Source: Silvanigrellaceae bacterium
GTDB taxonomy: Bacteria > Bdellovibrionota_B > Oligoflexia > Silvanigrellales > Silvanigrellaceae
Direction of reading: 5' to 3'
NCBI GenBank assembly: GCA_049423385.1
Contig: JBMSQQ010000067.1
Coordinates: 1-18,009 of the forward strand
Length of the DNA stretch: 18,009 nucleotides
Both the position numbers and the translations under genes were made by a program. Below are positions 15,114 to 18,009 of this stretch, one piece after another. The notes under the pieces are model-generated. The model ran no database searches and had not been told where the DNA came from. It saw nothing but the letters and a program-made list of their open reading frames with translations. The first letter of the stretch is position 1. Each line of letters opens with the position of its first letter.

Positions 15114-16382
15114 TTATGCTTCGCCTTTGTCCGCAGGTTTTTCCTGGACTTTTGATTCATTTCCATCTGCTGGACGTGGACGCGGAGTCGGACCATCAAC
15201 TGCAATCGGACGAGGCGCGGCCTGCTCAGGCCGATCGCCTGCGCGAGGCCGTGGACCTTGAGAGTTGTTGTCGCGATTGTCCTGGCGTGGACGAGGACCC
15301 TGTGAATTGTTTTCACGATTGTCCTGGCGTGGGCGAGGGGCCTGCGCATTGTTGTCGCGATTGTCCTGGCGTGGCCGAGGACCTTGCGGATTGTTGTCGC
15401 GATTGTCCTGCCGTGGACGAGGACCCTGCAGATTGTCCCGGTTTTCAGAACGTGGTCGCTGCTCGCGAGCATCGGAACGTGGACGAGGTCCCTGTGGATT
15501 GTTGTCGCGTCCATCTGCACGCGGACGCGGCCCCTGGGCAACGTCCTGACCTTCTGCACGTGGACGGGATTCACGCTGCTCATCCCGACTTTCAACTGCC
15601 TTTTGGAGTTCTTGGCCCTGCCGTCTTTCCTGCTTGTTTTTCTTTTCGCCACGATCGCGCTTCTCCAGGCGATCCTTGTGGCGTTGAGCCTTGATCAGCC
15701 GCTCCATTTTTTCCGACATGTCGCGTGGTGATCTTTGTTCGCGCGGCGAGCGATAGTTGACATCAGCCAATGGAATTTGCCGGATCGCAACTTGCAGGCC
15801 CTGGATTTCAGAATTTTCGTTTTGTTGAGGCCGCCCGAGAACACTCCGTTCGAGCCAGTCCAATTCAATTTTGAGCGTGTCCACAGAACTGTAAGTTGTT
15901 TCAAGGACGAGGTCCGCAGCAGAGTAGCCGGCCTCCCTTTCAAGAAGAAGTTTTTGCAGCCGCTCGTTCAATTGTTCCTTGGACTCGCAATCAGCCAACA
16001 GCGGACGCAAGGAACGCTCTGGCCAGAGTCGTTCAACAATCACGTTGAGAGGTGCCGTGAGAAGAACAATACAACCCAGTTCCCGTGCAAGAGCCATTGA
16101 CCTCTGACTGGCAAGCGTTCCGCCACCCAATGCGATTGTGCAGCGTTGCCTTTTGAGAAGACGCTCCAAGCATTCAGCCTCGAGTTCCCGGAATCGCTGC
16201 TCTCCATCCTGCTCAAAAATATCCCGAATCGGTTTTCCCGCGAGGCGCTCGACGTATTTGTCCAGCTCGACAAATTCGGTGCGCGACATTTGTGCATAAC
16301 TCTTGGCGAAAGTGGATTTTCCTACACCGGGCAGTCCGGCGACCAAAATATTTCTAAACCTTCGCTGCCCAGCCGCGATCAT
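15114..16382 (-). CDS. aroK: Shikimate kinase with long C-terminal low-complexity repeat tail (422 aa)
   Basis: Walker A GLPGVGKST, ELD, IFEQDGEQRFRELE, ALGGG, RPLL lid, ER..Y. Start ATG 16382 after an AAGGA SD (the track's 16535 start overlaps pgi). Confidence 0.88.
   Translation of the reverse strand: MIAAGQRRFRNILVAGLPGVGKSTFAKSYAQMSRTEFVELDKYVERLAGKPIRDIFEQDGEQRFRELEAECLERLLKRQRCTIALGGGTLASQRSMALARELGCIVLLTAPLNVIVERLWPERSLRPLLADCESKEQLNERLQKLLLEREAGYSAADLVLETTYSSVDTLKIELDWLERSVLGRPQQNENSEIQGLQVAIRQIPLADVNYRSPREQRSPRDMSEKMERLIKAQRHKDRLEKRDRGEKKNKQERRQGQELQKAVESRDEQRESRPRAEGQDVAQGPRPRADGRDNNPQGPRPRSDAREQRPRSENRDNLQGPRPRQDNRDNNPQGPRPRQDNRDNNAQAPRPRQDNRENNSQGPRPRQDNRDNNSQGPRPRAGDRPEQAAPRPIAVDGPTPRPRPADGNESKVQEKPADKGEA
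15244..15540 (-). repeat. Coding tandem repeat, 42-bp unit (QGPRPRQDNRDNNx)
   Basis: Four near-identical units at 15265-15306, 15307-15348, 15349-15390 and 15391-15432, with degenerate copies to 15540 and a partial copy at 15244-15264. Confidence 0.92.
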
Positions 16383-16471
16383 CCCAGGTCCTTTCGATTG
16401 CCTCCTTAAAAAGGGGCTGTTAGAACTTCTATCTGTTTCCACAGTTCTTTTCCAGCATGAGGTCACGGAAG

Positions 16472-17911
16472 ATGCCCGCGGCAGACAACAAACGCATTGC
16501 ACTTGATTGGACCAAAGCCCACGATGTTGTTCCACTGGAACGAAATCTCAACGATCTGATGCCCCAGCTGGTTGCTGCAAAGCGCTCCCTGGCAGGGGGA
16601 AACGGAAAAGGTTCAGACTTCATGGGTTGGGTCCATTGGGTTGAAGAACAAGCCCCAAAACTCATCAATGACGTTAAAACTCTAGCCGAGCGAATCGCTT
16701 CCCACTCGGATGCGCTCGTGGTGATTGGCATCGGTGGCAGTCTGCTAGGAACAAAGGCCGTTTATGAGGCTTTGAGCCACAGTTTCGCCTTGGCAAATCC
16801 TAGCCAATTTCAGCGCAGACCTGTCCTGCTTTGGGCTGGTCATCATGTGGCAACGGACGAGCTCAGTGAACTGCTTGACCTGCTCGATCAGTTTTCACCC
16901 AGCCTGCTGGTGGTCTCCAAGTCTGGCACAACCACGGAACCCGCGCTTGCGTTCCGCGTCTTGAAACAATATCTCGATGACCGGTTCGGTGCGCGTGAGG
17001 CCTCTGCAAGAATCTATTCGATTACCGATCCCGAGAGTGGAACGCTGCTCAAGCTTTCAAAGACCCACAACTATCCAACCATGAACATTCCGCGCAACAT
17101 CGGCGGACGCTACTCCATTTTCACGGCTGTCGGATTGCTCCCATTGGCGACGGCGGGAATCGACGTTGCAGAATTCGTTGAAGGAGCGCGACAAGCCCGC
17201 TCCGACACCATCAGCGAAAAAAACGAAGCTCTCGAAACGAACCCCGCGCTTTGCTACGCTGCCATTCGAAATGCACTTTACAAAGAGGGTTATAAAATTG
17301 AGGCCCTCTGTCATTGGACACCCAAACTGCGATCTATTGGCGAGTGGTGGAAACAACTTTTCGGCGAGAGTGATGGAAAAGGAAACACAGGCCTGTTTCC
17401 AGCGAGCGCTCAGTTCACGACCGATCTCCACTCGATGGGACAATACTTTCAGGAAGGTGAACGTCACTTGTTCGCAACCCACTTGAGGGTTTTGGATGAG
17501 TCCTCAATGAGCCGTGGAGCCCAGAAGCGCAAGGTCAGAATTCCTCAAGCCGGACTGGCAGATGGATTCGACTACCTCACAGGACAAAATCTTGAGCAGG
17601 TCCAACACGAGGCGATCCTCGGAACCAGCCTCGCACACGCGGATGGCGGCGTTCCGACACTCATCTGGGACATCCCCGAGTTGTCTGCGTTCTGGTTGGG
17701 ATATTGGCTATACATCAACATGTTTGCTTGTGGAGCCGGCGGCCTGGCCCGCGGTGTGAACCCGTTTGATCAACCCGGAGTTGAGGCCTACAAAACAAAC
17801 ATGTTCGCGCTGCTTGGAAAACCAGACATGGCGGAACAGACGGTTCAAATCAGGGCTAGGCTTGAACGCGGCCAACGCTTGCGAAGTCTTGGACATACTC
17901 AGAACAGATAA
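16472..17911 (+). CDS. pgi: Glucose-6-phosphate isomerase (short, Bacillus-type)
   Basis: GIGGS, SKSGTTTEP, GGRYS, WWKQLFGESDGK, TTDLHSMGQY, NPFDQPGVEAYK.NMF.LLGKP. ATG 16472 has a GAGGT SD (alternative ATG 16457). Confidence 0.95.
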   Translation: MPAADNKRIALDWTKAHDVVPLERNLNDLMPQLVAAKRSLAGGNGKGSDFMGWVHWVEEQAPKLINDVKTLAERIASHSDALVVIGIGGSLLGTKAVYEALSHSFALANPSQFQRRPVLLWAGHHVATDELSELLDLLDQFSPSLLVVSKSGTTTEPALAFRVLKQYLDDRFGAREASARIYSITDPESGTLLKLSKTHNYPTMNIPRNIGGRYSIFTAVGLLPLATAGIDVAEFVEGARQARSDTISEKNEALETNPALCYAAIRNALYKEGYKIEALCHWTPKLRSIGEWWKQLFGESDGKGNTGLFPASAQFTTDLHSMGQYFQEGERHLFATHLRVLDESSMSRGAQKRKVRIPQAGLADGFDYLTGQNLEQVQHEAILGTSLAHADGGVPTLIWDIPELSAFWLGYWLYINMFACGAGGLARGVNPFDQPGVEAYKTNMFALLGKPDMAEQTVQIRARLERGQRLRSLGHTQNR

Positions 17912-17941
17912 CCAAACGCCTCGATGGTCTGGAGATACACG

Positions 17942-18009
17942 ATGAAATGCAGCAGAGCGCTGCGCGCACTGGTGATTTTGACCAGCACGATGACGAGCAT
18001 TCCGGTTTT
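17942..18009 (+). CDS. 5' end of a probable exported protein (partial)
   Basis: GGAG SD at 17931-17934; MKCSRALRALVILTSTMTSIPV... is signal-peptide-like and open to the window end. Confidence 0.5.
   Translation, partial: MKCSRALRALVILTSTMTSIPV

Noticed and set aside
15244..15540. CRISPR array
   Set aside because: Units are contiguous 42-bp tandem copies without unique spacers, lie in frame within a CDS, and no cas genes are present.
15089..15731. Alternative-frame ORFs over the repeat, including the Cys-rich 'CCRDCPGV' ORF 15104..15694 (+) that resembles a metallothionein
   Set aside because: The repeat unit lacks stops in several frames, so shadow ORFs are expected; synonymous variation favours the aroK frame.
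16383..16535. 51-aa N-terminal extension of aroK in the ORF track
   Set aside because: It overlaps the pgi start on the opposite strand; a good SD precedes ATG 16382 just before the Walker A strand.

Overview
Bacterial chromosomal segment of roughly balanced GC (about 50% by eye), mostly housekeeping and envelope genes. Gene content and protein styles suggest a deltaproteobacteria-like or Bdellovibrionota (Oligoflexia/Silvanigrellales-like) organism; this is inference. Order: a minus-strand operon fabI-lptF-lptG plus a pentapeptide-repeat protein that runs off the left edge and is absent from the ORF track; a small Zn-ribbon protein and a multi-TM membrane protein; a sigma-54-type promoter (palindromic UAS, IHF-like site, -24/-12) ahead of two small orphan proteins; an intrinsic terminator directly before a monofunctional proline dehydrogenase; a stand-alone motAB stator pair; cysE (minus); cpoB-like/tsaD/rsmA; a convergent lipoprotein; ctpA; a shikimate kinase fused to a ~240-aa extension with 14-aa (42-bp) tandem repeats; Bacillus-type pgi; and the start of a secreted protein. 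No rRNA, tRNA, CRISPR array or mobile element was recognised. The most unusual items are the sigma-54/small-protein/PRODH/motAB block (5600-9127), the AroK-IDR fusion, the SHOCT-like/pentapeptide protein coupled to lptG, and an orphan EcfT-like membrane protein.
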